A stretch of DNA of 64,000 bases from Octopus sinensis (Eukaryota), in contig NC_042998.1 of assembly GCF_006345805.1 (NCBI RefSeq), positions 11,904,001 to 11,968,000 on the forward strand. The letters are read 5' to 3'. Every line of letters starts with the position of its first letter. Within the stretch, counting starts at the first letter, position 1. Under the pieces are notes generated by a model that saw only the letters and a list, made by a program, of their open reading frames with translations, was not told where the DNA came from and ran no database searches. Below, one piece after another: positions 38,330-50,980 of the stretch. The position numbers were made by a program, and so were the translations under genes.

Positions 38330-40945
38330 CGATTAGCTACGTACCATGGCTTCACTTGTTAATATCTACGTATTCTATGAAACTAGAATACCACATGAGC
38401 GTATTTCTTATGGGTGATTTCAACTTCCCCAATGTTAAATGGCTCGAAGGCGTCATGCTCTCAGGAATGACTCATTGTAAACAAGCACAGGTGAAGTCTC
38501 TGCTCAACCTCACCAATGCCCTATTCAAGGAGCAGGTTGAGCTCAGACCAACTAGGACGAATAATATTTTGGATCTCTACATCACAAACAATGATGTGAA
38601 AGTGACGCTACCATTAGTTTCGGATACACATCGTAATAGAGCTGTCTATGAATGGACCAAAAGTATCCAGAGGCCTATATTCTAAAGGAAGCACCCAAAT
38701 CTCTCCAATGTGAACTTCCACAAAGCAGACTGGAAACCAATACAAAAAGAGATCCTCAGACGGGACTAACCGCAATGTCTCTTCGCACCAGACATTTTCA
38801 TGAAATTAGAATATTTCATGTTTGTTATGCAAACTATATGCCAGAAATATGTCCCAGAGCACAAAGCCAACACAAAAAGGAATAAGAATCCAAGGGAGAG
38901 GAAAATCCTCAGGAGACGACGGACGAAGGTTGCAAATAATTTCAAGCAACATTCTAAATTAGATAAAGGTTCCGCCTAAAAACAACACTGATAGAGATTG
39001 CAAAAAGCCTACAACAATCCTATGTGAGGGAGAAAGCAGGTAAAGAGACCTGGGTTATAAAAAACATTAAGTCAAACCCAAAAGGCTTCTTTCATTATTC
39101 CAAAGAAACACCCTCAGTATGCTGCAAAATAGGACTCCTCTTCCAGAAGGATGGCTTACTCACAGATAGTCCAACCAGGATCAGTGAGGTACTGATCTTT
39201 ACGTTGGAACACAGACAAGTGAATTTACTAGTGGATTTCTTTCTCGCCTATAACCAGCGAGGCAGTTACGATGGAATACATCAACATGAACGAAGAAGAT
39301 ATACTACTAGCCATAGATGATATACACGCAAACTCAGCTGCTGGTCCTGATGGTTTCCCAGCAATCCTCCTCAAATCCTGTAAGTGTGCACTGGTGAAAA
39401 CACTACAGATCCTCTTCCAGAACTTTCTTGCAAATGGCAGGCTTCCAATCAAACTGAATACGGGAATAATATGTCCACTCCATAAACGAGGAAGCAGAGC
39501 AGATGCCAAAAACTATATGCCTATCTCTCTGACTTCACTCATCAGCAAAGTCATGGAACGGATAGTCAGAGGGAAACTAATCGCATTCCTTGAAAAAACG
39601 ACTTGCTGAGTGATACCCGGTATGGCTTTCGACCACATAGGATCTTCCTGACCCAGCTCTTACAACACTATGACTGAGTGTTGAGGCAGTTACTCAGCAA
39701 ATCAGATGTAGAGGTAATATACCTTGACTTTGCAAAAGCTTTTGATAAAGTGGATCATGAGTGATCTCGGCATAGCTGGAAAACTTGGAGAGTGGTAAGA
39801 TGACTTTCTGAAATATTCAGGTCAGGCAGTAGTGGCCAATAGAGCCACCTCAATAAAAGCAGAAATAGTGAGCGGTGTTTCACAGTGTACTTTCTTGGGA
39901 CCACTGTTTTTCATATGGGCCCTCTCAAATATGCCCTCAGCTTCCTGGATAGCCACCCTTGCTAGCTACTCAGACGATACGTAAGTCTCGCAGAAAATAC
40001 AGAAGCCCAACGATGTTGTACACCTGTATCAGAAGTTTGACTCGGTTTACAGGTGGGATAAGCATAATAATATGCAGTTTAATACGGAAAATTTCCAAGC
40101 CCTGCGCTTCCAGCATCCAAAACGGAATATATAACTTACAGAGTACACTGGTCCACAGGAGATTGCAATCTCAGAGCCTAAATCAGTGAGGGGCCTGGTT
40201 ATTGACATGAGTAATGATACCTCTTTCCAAGTGCACGTTACCAGGATGGCGACAAAGTGCAGACGACTGGCTGGCTGGATCCTGAGAACGTTCAGAACTA
40301 GAGAAAAGGAAACCGTGATGGTCCTCTGGAGGACATTCGTCCTCATACGCCTGGATTACTGCTCCCAGCTATTGTCACCCAACAGTGTAAAATTTACAGC
40401 AGACCTTGAAGCAACCCAGCGAAGCTTCACAAAGAAAATATTCTCTTTACAACTGCTTAGCTACTAGGAAAGGCTGGAACAACTAAGACTCTACTCCTTG
40501 GAGCGATGGCGGGAGAGGCAAGCAGCAATATACATCTGGAAGATCCTGGAAGAAATTGTGCGAAATGTTGGTATTGAAAGCTACACCAATACCTGAAGGG
40601 GTCGATATTGAACATTACCAAAGATCTCAACAATACCATCGCGCTTCAGAATCAGGTTACTGCAACAGTCTGAGTTTTAAGGGCCCACAGCTTCTTAATA
40701 TTCTCCCAAAGACCCTGAGGGGACTACAAAAAGTGGATGTAGGTGTTTTCAATTCAAAATTGGACTTCTTACCGTTGAGAGTCCCAGATGAATCTACCTC
40801 GTGCCAAGAGGTGCAAATGAGTGTAGTGATATCAAACTCCCTTATTCACCAAATGTCACATATTAGAGGATGCTCTCAGTAATAACAGTGTAGCAAATCG
40901 GCAGTGCCCCAGCATGACCACAACTCTGAGCTGAAACTAGAGAAA
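38330..40945 (+). mobile_element. Degenerate CR1/L2-group LINE ORF2 (family 2) with 3' end
   Basis: MGDFNFP, PTRTNNILDLYITN, SAAGPDGFPA, NYMPISLTS, IYLDFAKAFDKVDH, AGWILRTFRTRE, RLDYCSQL. Confidence 0.92.
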
Positions 40946-41382
40946 AATATATATTTGGGCAAAGAGAGCTATATTATCCGGGCGGGTACAGTGGGAGCTC
41001 TCAGTTATGTTCCAGATTATGGCTACCCGCATCGATCTGTATTTAAAGTCTATGACTACTAGGCATTGTCATTCACGTTGTAAATTTTCCGATGGGTAAT
41101 TCTGTGCTCTCTTCAAACGACGGTAATATCACATGGAGGATATATTTGCAATAATTATAACGTGAGTGATTATGGAGATAGGTGCATTCTTAAAACTTAT
41201 TTCCTTTTATTTTACAATGTCATATGAATATGATCTGTTGAATTTGCAACCGGGCATAATTTTCTGTGCAGCGGTAACATGTGTAGGTCGGCGAAACCAT
41301 AAAAATATGCTGCATGACATGGTAAAATAAAAAGAAATAAATAGTCTCCTTAATCTCTATCGCTATAATTGTTGCATATATC

Positions 41383-41722
41383 ATTTTATTATCCGTTTCA
41401 GTCATTTGATTGCGGCCATGCTGAAACATTACCTTAAGGCGTTTTAGTAGAACAAATTCAATCCATGACTTATTCTTTGTAAGCCTAGTACTTATTCAAT
41501 CGGTCTTTTTTGCCTAGCTGTTAAGTTACGGGGACATAAACACACCAGAATCGGTTGTCAAGCGATGGTGGGAGGGACAAACAGACACAAACATACAAAT
41601 ATATATATAAGACAGGCTTCTTTCAGTTTCCCTCTACCAAATCTACCCACAAGGCTTTGGTCAGCCCGAGGCTATAGTAGTAGACACTTGCCCGGGGTGC
41701 CACGCAGTGGGCCTGAACCCGG
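41383..41722 (-). mobile_element. SINE family A, head truncated
   Basis: Tail to B box present. Confidence 0.85.
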
Positions 41723-43069
41723 AGTCAAATTAGAGTGAGTGAAATTAGGCCTGTCAAATTAGAGTGAGTGAAAGTGTGCGATAAAGAGAAAACAATGTTT
41801 GTTGCATGCTGCGTGGTTGATTTAAATTTGATTCTGCTTTTGCAACGCGAGTTTCATGCCAGTGTATCGCCAGGCGAGAAAGCAGTTGCGTAAAACTCGA
41901 GTCGCGAGAAAGAAATTCAGTTTGTTTCTTTCTCTCTGTGCATGTGTGTGTGAAGATGAGATGATCATTATGGAAGGGATGGCTCAATAGAAACTGAACC
42001 AGAGCTAAACAAAATCAACCGCAACTAAAGCGTTCACAGACCATCGACAGAACTTCTTCGTGGTGGCTTGATCAGTTACCAATAGCAATAAAATATCCCT
42101 TAAATAACATTAATTTCTTTAAAATAAAGACATTAGATAAGGTAGTGAAAATAGAAACGGATGGAAAACCTTTGACGATAGCTATGCCCGTTGAGGGCCG
42201 ACATGAAGGCAAGTAAGCAAATTAAATGGAAATAATAAATGCAATAGAGAAATATATCTGCAGTTTACAAAGGAGATTACGACAGAGTTTGTTACAGTCA
42301 TTTAAATGATATCTTTCTGCAGAAATAGTGTCAATTAGTTTTAAATAGGAAAGTCGCAATGAAGTTTCAATTTCCTATTTGAAGTTATTTCGTTACTTTT
42401 ACTCTGTGACACACGAAAACTACATTTCTCACATCTTCCCATATATGTAATATCGGTTTTTATACTGAGAGAGAATGATAACCAACATATTTTAAGTTAG
42501 ATGGGGTATCTGAATTTTGATTGATTGTAAGTGTATTAGTCCCGTCTGTAATGTGAAATAACTAGAAATAGAAACATAGTTATAAAGTTGTAAACCTTTG
42601 CAGGTATTAAACTCGTGAAAACTTTAGTTGACTGCTATTTCATATACATTTGGAAAGGTGTCCCATTCAAGTTGTGCCGATTATCAGAAATCACATTTTA
42701 GAAGTAATCTACCTGTACAAAGAAAGAAGAGTGTTTTATTGAATTTCTCAGAAAAGTTGCATGAAATTATTGGAGTCATACAGCACATTATGTTTCACAC
42801 GTTATTTATATATCACATACCAAGTAAAGTGATAATGCGATAAAAAATACTCAAGATCTTGGAATACATTATTGAATAAATTTGAACCTTTTTTAAAAGA
42901 AAGTGAAAATATTAAAAGTCAAAACAAGACGAAAATATGTGCGCGCAGATATTTACTAGCGTATGTTGTTAAATTATATCGCGTGGAACAAAGTTTTAGA
43001 TTCCCTAGTCATAGAGCATGTAAGGGGCTATGAAGAAAGAGAAATTAAGATGAAAGGAAAGCATTTGTT

Positions 43070-43200
43070 TTAGACCTGAAAAGAGTTCAGATCATAAGAA
43101 GGGGTAAAACAATGAGATAGAAGAGAGTTCCAAAATCTGGAGGTTCGCGGGGAAAAAAGCTGCGTCCGTAAAACGACTTTCTTATTCGTGGAAGCAAAAA
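43070..43200 (-). mobile_element. LINE C-terminal fragment (CR1/L2 group)
   Basis: FSPRTSRFWNSLLSHCFTPSYDLNSF resembles the F.PRT..LWNSLP...F..SYDL.SFK end motif. Confidence 0.6.
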
Positions 43201-43365
43201 GGATTTGAATTGCTGTTACTATTTTGTTATATATATCTTTCTTCTGTTTTGTCATAGTTTACCTGTCAAAAATATGTAGGTTTCAGCCCTTCTAGAAATC
43301 TTAACTCTGATATAATAGCATTCAGATAAAACTCACAAGGTTGTCCTGCTACCATTGCAACACTT

Positions 43366-43753
43366 TGGATGGAAGCACTCCGTCGGTTACGACGACGAGG
43401 GTTCCGGTTGATCCGATCAACGGAACAGCCTGCTCGTGAAATTAACGTGTAAGTGGCTGAGCACTCCACAGACACGTGTACCCTTAACGTAGTTCTCGGG
43501 GATATTCAGCGTGACACAGAGAGTGACAAGGCCGGCCCTTTGAAATACAGGTACAACAGAAACAGGAAGTAAGAGTGAGAGAAAGTTGTGGTGAAAGAGT
43601 ACAGCAGGGATCACCACCATCCCCTGCCGGAGCCTCGTGGAGCTTTATGTGTTTTCGCTCAATAAACACTCACAACGCCCGGCCTGGGAATCGATACCGC
43701 GATCCTACGACCGCGAGTCCGCTGCCCTAACCACTGGGCCATTGCGCCTCCAC
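43366..43753 (-). mobile_element. SINE family C with 11-bp TSD
   Basis: ttgcaacactt at 43355-43365 and 43756-43766. Confidence 0.93.
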
Positions 43754-45569
43754 TTTTGCAACACTTAAGGACATAATAGACCACCGAAACAAAACAACCA
43801 GTCTGATTTACGTAGAATTGCTCCCTGGACGGTTTCCATCTCGATATTTGTCAAATCGCTTCACAGTCTTGCATCACATTTGAAAACCAATCGTGCCACA
43901 TAACTGTGTACCAGTAAGCGTGTGAAATTGTTTCCTCTATACTGTTGAATCAAAATATGTACGTTTTAAGAAGATGGTGATGTATTATTTAAAACAATGC
44001 AGTTTCTTTCGTTTATTTGTGACAATTTGGTTGTATAGCAGACAGACGCTGTCAGTAGTTGCATGTCTATTGGAAACAGTTAATATTGTTAACTTTTATC
44101 GAACAAATTTATCCAGAAATAAATAGCTCAAGCTGACCTACTAAGAAAAAAAAACAGGACATGAATGTAATTGAATAATAATTGCTTAACGTGCCTTCAA
44201 AATAGAGATAATAATTTGACCAAAACTAATTATGTAGAAAGAAAAAACAGGAGCGCTAAATTAAGTGCTTTTTATTCAGTATTTAAGTATTTAATTCTCA
44301 TCAAATTTGTTCCTAGTTCAAATTCTGTAGAGTCAACGTCGGGTATTATTTTCGCATCAGGCTTCATAAGTAATAGAAAAATAATACTTTCCTTACAAGT
44401 GAACTGAGTACTGCAATGCAATGTTTTTTTAAAAAAGAAAAGTGCTGTGTTTGAGTAAAACTCGGGATGAGATTCTGAGGAAAGTAGATAAATGTTCACA
44501 TCGGTAACATTTTATTAAGAAAAAGCAGAGAAACACGATAGACTTCCTGGCCTAGTCGTCGACTATTACTAGACACCCACCGGCTCACTAGATATATTAC
44601 TATAGTTACTCACTCTTACTTAGAGTCATTGTAGGAGTTCTCATAATATTTTCATTTATTATTTAATTATTAATATTCATTATAGTCAAAGCAATAATCT
44701 CTTTTGCCAGGCAAACTTCTGTCACATAGGAATCGGATTTAAACAATGAAGAACAAAGGTAAAGCGTAGAGAGGATAGAATTGCAATGGACAGCACGAAA
44801 TGCATAAGAATGAGTTGTCCTGTACTTTCAATCCAGTCATGCTTTGATTCAGGTTATTTAGCCATCAAGTTAACATCATATAGAATGGTAGCGCATAATT
44901 TAAGATGATTATTGCGTATTTAAGTAGCATTTCGGTAATCTGTGTACTTGTCTTTTTAACTATATGTGTAATCAACTCAAGAGTTTTCTACCACTGAACC
45001 ATGACAGACTTGTGTACCCCGTAGTTTGAAGAAGTATTGGAAATTGACTGGGTATTCAGAAAACATGGGTGTTTTAATGCATTGCACATTGCACATCTGA
45101 CCATCCAGAGCACAACTGTGTTTAAGTAATAGGTGAACTCGAAATTTGTAGACATATGAGGTAAGTAATTTTGATCCAGATGAGCTCTAACTTACAAGAT
45201 CTACTATAAAGATATTCCAGTTAGAATCATCACTAAGTCTTAGTGGTATACTTATAAGAAGTCAATTTATCTTACATAAAACTGTAGGGTAAGATTTAAG
45301 GGAAATGTTTTATACTTTTTAGCAGGTCGAGCGACCACGGAGAAGCTCCCTAATCCGTTCAAACTAATGTTTTGTTGTTTAACTCCAATTCACCTAGCAC
45401 TAATTGAGCAAACTTAGGTTCAAATCTAAAGTCCGTTTTCCAATTCTTATTTCTTTCCAAATTCACACTTTTCCTCCCCTCCCCCTCTCTCTCAAAGACA
45501 TTCCAGTCATGACTATCTCTTTTCCATACATCAGAGTCTGCATGCGTATTTCCGTATTTATTTATCAAA

Positions 45570-45760
45570 GAAGGTTAATGCTCGGTTTATACCAAACCCA
45601 GAGGATAAGTCGATTACATCGGCCCCAGAACTCAGCTGATGCTTATTTTATCAGCTCTGAAAGGATAAAAAGCAGAATGGACCTCGGCGGAATTTGAACT
45701 CAGAATGTAAAGACGTACTAAATTGCTGCTCTGCCCAGCGCAGTAACGATCCTGCCAGCT
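45570..45760 (-). mobile_element. SINE family B, diverged
   Basis: gacctcggcggaatttgaactcagaatg core. Confidence 0.7.
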
Positions 45761-46381
45761 CAGTGCCTGGCTCTGATTTTACATATATTCTATTCCAGCA
45801 AACTCACACGCATGCGTACACACCCGCACTCATGACTAAATTTCTAAAATGTAATGCTTTTGAAAGATCTTTAACGTCTAACCAGAGTGACATGTATTAA
45901 TAAAGGTTGAACTTTGTAGCAGTTTATATGTAAAAGTTGTGAAAGATTATAAGATCGAACAATTGTGTGATTTAAGATATTTCATCGTCGATTGTCCCAT
46001 TCCTCATTCAAACACAGTATAGCTAGGATTGTGTTACATATTATGGATCTTAAAGCAAATACCAAAACAAAATTGGGTGCGATTTTGAGGGAGGCCATGC
46101 GACCACATGAAGTCTTCTTCTGGATTGGGAGGCGGGGTAGGTGGTAGAAAACGTGGAATATCCTGTTGTTAATGATTCGTCTAATTATCTACATAATTTG
46201 ATTGTGATGAAAATTCGATTTGTAATTTTAGTGGGATGCTGTGGTTATTATTGATTAGTTATAAGTGAGCTCCAAATAATTAGAATTTTGAGTGAAGTAG
46301 TTCCAACTATGACCATCCTATCTTTTTACTCTCATTATGTATCAAGTCACGAATACATCTAATGAATCTATTTAAAAAAAA

Positions 46382-46718
46382 GGGCAAGTGTCTTCTGCTA
46401 TAGCCCCGGGCCGACCAATGCCTTGTGAGTGGATTTGGTAGACGGAAACTGAAAGAAGCCTGTCGTATATAGGTATATATAAATGTATGTGTGTGTCTAT
46501 TTGTGTGTCTGTGTTTGTGCCCCTAGCATTGCTTGACAACCGATGCTGGTGTGTTTAGGTCCCCGTCACGTAGCGGTTCGGCAAAAGACACCGATAGAAT
46601 AAGTACTGGGCTTACAAAAAGAATAAGTTCCGGGGTCGATTTGCTCGACTAAAGGCGGTGCTCCAGCATGGCCGCAGTCAAATGACTGAAACAAGTAAAA
46701 GAGTAAAAGAGTAAAGAG
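46382..46718 (+). mobile_element. SINE family A, 5'-truncated
   Basis: Begins at gggcaagtgtcttc and ends in the (GAGTAAAA)n tail. Confidence 0.9.
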
Positions 46719-46742
46719 ACAATATTATTTGAGCGAGATTTG

Positions 46743-46928
46743 GTTGCTCTTTCTAGCAAGATGAACGACCTAGTTGGATGGCTCTGCAAAGTTGCATTTC
46801 AATCAATCCCAAGTGAGCTAGAAATAAGCATACCGACAACGAAAGGCATTTCAGTTGTGACAACTCTGTCTTTAGTGATATATCTCGAACATCATTATGA
46901 TAGTGTCTATTTCAGTATGGTACAGTTG
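46743..46928 (+). repeat. Segment X (longer copy)
   Basis: Inverted match to 12585-12753. Confidence 0.9.
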
Positions 46929-47587
46929 ACAGAAATCATAATACTATTTCGGGCAGAGCAAGCTTGTGCTAAGAGGTTTCATTCTAGGTTCAAATCACGC
47001 TGATAGTGTAGTTGTTTAGCCCCAGATCAGCCATACCTAACTGAGAAAATATATGTTCAAAGTCAGTCATACTATGCCCATTTCGTGTTTGTGTATGTCA
47101 GGACCTAAATCGTGTTATCCCTTCTATTATTATACAGGGTGATTTAAATGTTATTTGGCTCCGAGTGAGCACGTTCAAACCTTGTCATCTTGAAACGCGA
47201 TGTATTTTCTGAGAAGTTAACGGTTCCGATTCAACATAATGTTACGTGCCCTATGTTGTGGTTTACTTTCAGATATAATGAGTCCAGAATCACTGTATTT
47301 GAGTACATCTGTATTGACTGCTACGTTTGACTAAGAGATATTTGGTTGGTTGGTATTTCTTGTAGGCAGAGGCTTCTCTTATGCCATTCTAGTAGGTCAT
47401 TGGTTTGGATGGGATGTTTGGTTAGCGAATGGATTCTAAGAGTATTCTTTTTATACTACGGTTTAAGTAAGAAACCAAGTGAGAAATATAAATTTTAAAA
47501 AGCAAAAGATAAACCTACCACAGAACATGTTTAATGACCGTTGTTTTCACTTTCTTTTACTACTGCATCTATTACATGGTATTAAGT

Positions 47588-47968
47588 GGAGGCGCAATGG
47601 CCCAGTGGTTAGGGCAGCGGACTCGCGGTCATAGGATCGCGGTTTCGATTCCCAGACCGGGCGTTGTGAGTGTTTATTGAGCGAGAACACCAAAAGCTCC
47701 ACGAGGCTCCGGCAGGGGATGGTGGTGATCCCTGCTGTACTCTTTCACCACAACTTTCTCTCACTCTTACGTCCTGTTTCTGTTGTACCTGTATTTCAAG
47801 CGGCCGGCCTTGTCACTCTCTGTGTCACGCTGAATATCCCCGAGAACTACGTTAAGGGTACACGTGTCTGTGGAGTGCTCAGCCACTTACACGTTAATTT
47901 CACGAGCAGGCTGTTCCGTTGATTGGATCAACCGGAACCCTCGTCGTCGTAACCGACGGAGTGCTTCC
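47588..47968 (+). mobile_element. SINE family C with 7-bp TSD
   Basis: attaagt at 47581-47587 and 47969-47975. Confidence 0.92.
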
Positions 47969-49253
47969 ATTAAGTTGGAAAAGTTTTCCTCGCCCAACTT
48001 ATCGAGTTTTATTACATATCAATTAATTTTATATAACATTAAGTATTGAAATATTAGTGCAAATGATTGTCTACTCTTATAGAAAGATGCGCATTACTAT
48101 TTTTAAGACACTGTTTTTAAGCCCCCATATCAAGATGCTTATTATATTGTCCCGGGTATGACTTTAAACTTATCCGGTAAGGTAGGGCTTAATTTAGAAG
48201 TTCCAGGATTTTGAGGAGTGTGGAACCTTTTAGCCATTATTGTTCCCAGGCATACTCTGACCCGGAGGAGTAGCATCTGTAGAGGTCCGGTTATGGGTTA
48301 AATAGCATGTAAACATCCGAGCCAATGTACGTTGAAATCATGGGACGTGGTTGTGAAATATTTTATTAATAAATCTTATTGAATCAATGACGAATATCAT
48401 AGATGCACAGTGGATGAACACAACAAACTGTCAACGGTCAGGAACACTGAAGTTAGTTAGCGAACTACTACTATCATCTAGCTGTGGCGTGAGCAGATGA
48501 TATATTTCTGCTTGTAAAAGATCAATGTGAAAAAATTTAAAAAAATGAAAGTTCAGGCAAATCGCTCGATCGAGTATATGTATTACTTATATAGTTTTAG
48601 GATAATTTGCATTCAAGGAACATAGAAAGTCATCACAAAATATAATTTAATTTTAAGAAATTGTCCACTTCTATACCGGAAAAAATGTCTACGTTAACCA
48701 AAGGAATCTTTATCAGCTCTCTCAACAACTAAGAAATAGTAAAAAGAAAATCGCTTATAATGCACTCTACACTTATTTTTAAAGAAAGATCGCACTAGGC
48801 ATTAGACAGACGAACTGATAAGATGGTTAATGCTTGAAAGATGTACATCTGCTCAATGAGATTGAATGCTGGTGGCCCATCACAGGCAACATTAACCTTT
48901 TCGGGTGAGAATTTATTATTTATTATTCACAGCTTATACCGATGAAATATTTTACCTTCACCACAAGAATGCGTGGGGAGGGTACTTTTACAATCTGTCA
49001 CTTAGAAACTGTAATCAAATCTACTTTAAGTGAAAACCTTGCGTTTCTTTTAAAGTGTAAACATTGGATAATGAAGTCTTTGGCACTCAATGTGAATAAG
49101 GTAAAAGCACTTCTGTACATTCTATTTCTCGAAAATAGGGTAAGTATCTGAAACTAGACTATTTCCCTTATGGCTGTAGTCTTCTATAAAATTCCCTACA
49201 CACATTCATCTAGATTACTTTAAAACAAACACAACGTGATTCAATATAATTTG

Positions 49254-49259
49254 TTTATT
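49254..49259 (-). promoter_or_regulatory. Candidate polyadenylation signal (AATAAA) of the minus-strand gene
   Basis: Plus-strand tttatt about 1 kb past the stop, at the end of an AT-rich SINE-free tract. Other hexamers also occur in the region. Confidence 0.4.
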
Positions 49260-50260
49260 TACAATAACATTTCAAAAAATAAGATATCACATTTACAAAA
49301 TGAGAAAAAAATGGAATTGTATTTATATATATATTTTTCTTAAAATTCAGAATATTATGTATGAAAAATAAAATAAAACACCCTGCAAATATATTGTTTA
49401 TCCCGCGTCTTTAATATAAAATGACTGCTGCAGGATGAATATTTAGACTTATGCTCCCATCAACTAAATGTTTTAACTGGAAGCAACAATCATTTTCAAA
49501 TGTGTGAGACAAATAATTACAATATAATTTGAATATAATAAGCAGGTGTGTTCAATAATTAATTATATTGTTTGTACGATCAGCTGATAAAAAATCACAG
49601 TTCGCCAATTGTAAATGCTACTTCGTGATATTGGTGTACTAACAGTTCTGGTAGAGATTTTTAATGAAATTTCATGAATAAAAAGCTACGTTCCCCATTA
49701 TTTAGGCAGTAGGTTGAAAGAAGTCAGCATGGTATTTAGAGGTAATTATGACCATTAATAAAATTGTGGGCGTGGCACATATGTATTGATGGAGATTTTA
49801 AGAAGTTTTAAGTGTTAAGGATCATACCATCATGGACAAAATTGATTACAAATATCATTCATTGTAAAGTACATAAATTAATAATTAAAAAAATAATTCT
49901 TTAATTAAAAAACAAACAAATGAAGCCTAATGAAAGCGAACGATTTGGTTTTAAAAGAAATACAGAAGAAATTCGGCTCATCAAATACTGTTTTAAAAGT
50001 TATAGCACTGAAAGTCAAGTAAATCTGATTACAGGATTAGGCGACAAAACAGAAGCCAGTTTAATGATAGCGACAAGCTGAATAAAGAGAAATAAATTAA
50101 ATTTATGAAAGATTAAAAAAAATAAGTACAATAACATTTTGAATCATTTCAATGAAAAAATAAACAATTAAATCAATTCAGATAAAATACCTGATTTTAA
50201 GTGTGAAAGCAATCGGAATTGAAATAAATAAATAATGTAACAACCAAATTACTGATAAGT

Positions 50261-50980
50261 TCAAGTCGAACCTCGCCGTGTTATCGTGTAAGGCAAAGAG
50301 TCTGGCTGTTCTCTTCGGCTGACTTCAAGGTTCATTGGTTCTGAAGAATAACTATCGTCCAGTGAAATGTTTGAAATATCTTTTTTAACAAGCTGGAGAT
50401 CATCCGTTAAAGATTCTCTGTTCTCCTTCTCAATAGATTCGTTATGGTCTGGAGTGTTCTCTGGAAGTTCTTTAAGAATAAAACTATTGGCAGCATCCTT
50501 ATTATAACCCTTCTGCAAGGCACTGAAGCGAGGTTTACGACTCTTGCCGAAATCAAGTAATTTTGAACTGGAAATCGGCGGTGGTGTTGGCGGTCGTTTG
50601 TATGTTTTCCGAAATAGATCTTCTGGGCACGTGCGCGATCGAGGCCTTGATAGTGTTGGTAAAAAACTGTTCAATGATTTGGGTCGATCCGGACCGAGTG
50701 AACCGAGACTACCGGTAATCACAGGGTTACAATTTACTGTCGGACTTTGTAAAGTAGAAAAATCCTCAACTTTAATCTGTGGTATATCACAAAACAGTGG
50801 AAGCGGTTCTGTACGACTCGGGGTTGGAGGAGCTGTGTTTGCACGTGGCCTCAAGTCATCTGCATTTAAGAATTCAATCTCAGAGAAGGAATTTGTAGTG
50901 GACAGATTATCGAAATTTATAGGCTTCGGTTTGTTATCCCGAACCAACAGGAACTTGTCTTCTGTCTTTTCTGTCGACAT
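50261..50980 (-). CDS. Uncharacterised 239-aa intrinsically disordered protein with signalling short linear motifs
   Basis: Longest non-repeat, non-transposon ORF in the window. A splice acceptor (ttttccttcAG at 50984-50983) lies 2 nt before the ATG. The protein is S/P/T-rich with RPRANTAP and RPRSRTCP. Confidence 0.8.
   Translation of the reverse strand: MSTEKTEDKFLLVRDNKPKPINFDNLSTTNSFSEIEFLNADDLRPRANTAPPTPSRTEPLPLFCDIPQIKVEDFSTLQSPTVNCNPVITGSLGSLGPDRPKSLNSFLPTLSRPRSRTCPEDLFRKTYKRPPTPPPISSSKLLDFGKSRKPRFSALQKGYNKDAANSFILKELPENTPDHNESIEKENRESLTDDLQLVKKDISNISLDDSYSSEPMNLEVSRREQPDSLPYTITRRGST

Noticed and set aside
41724-41772. 21-bp direct repeat gtcaaattagagtgagtgaaa as a possible CRISPR-like unit
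   Set aside because: Only two copies 7 nt apart in a eukaryotic context; a simple local duplication. No CRISPR array exists in the window.
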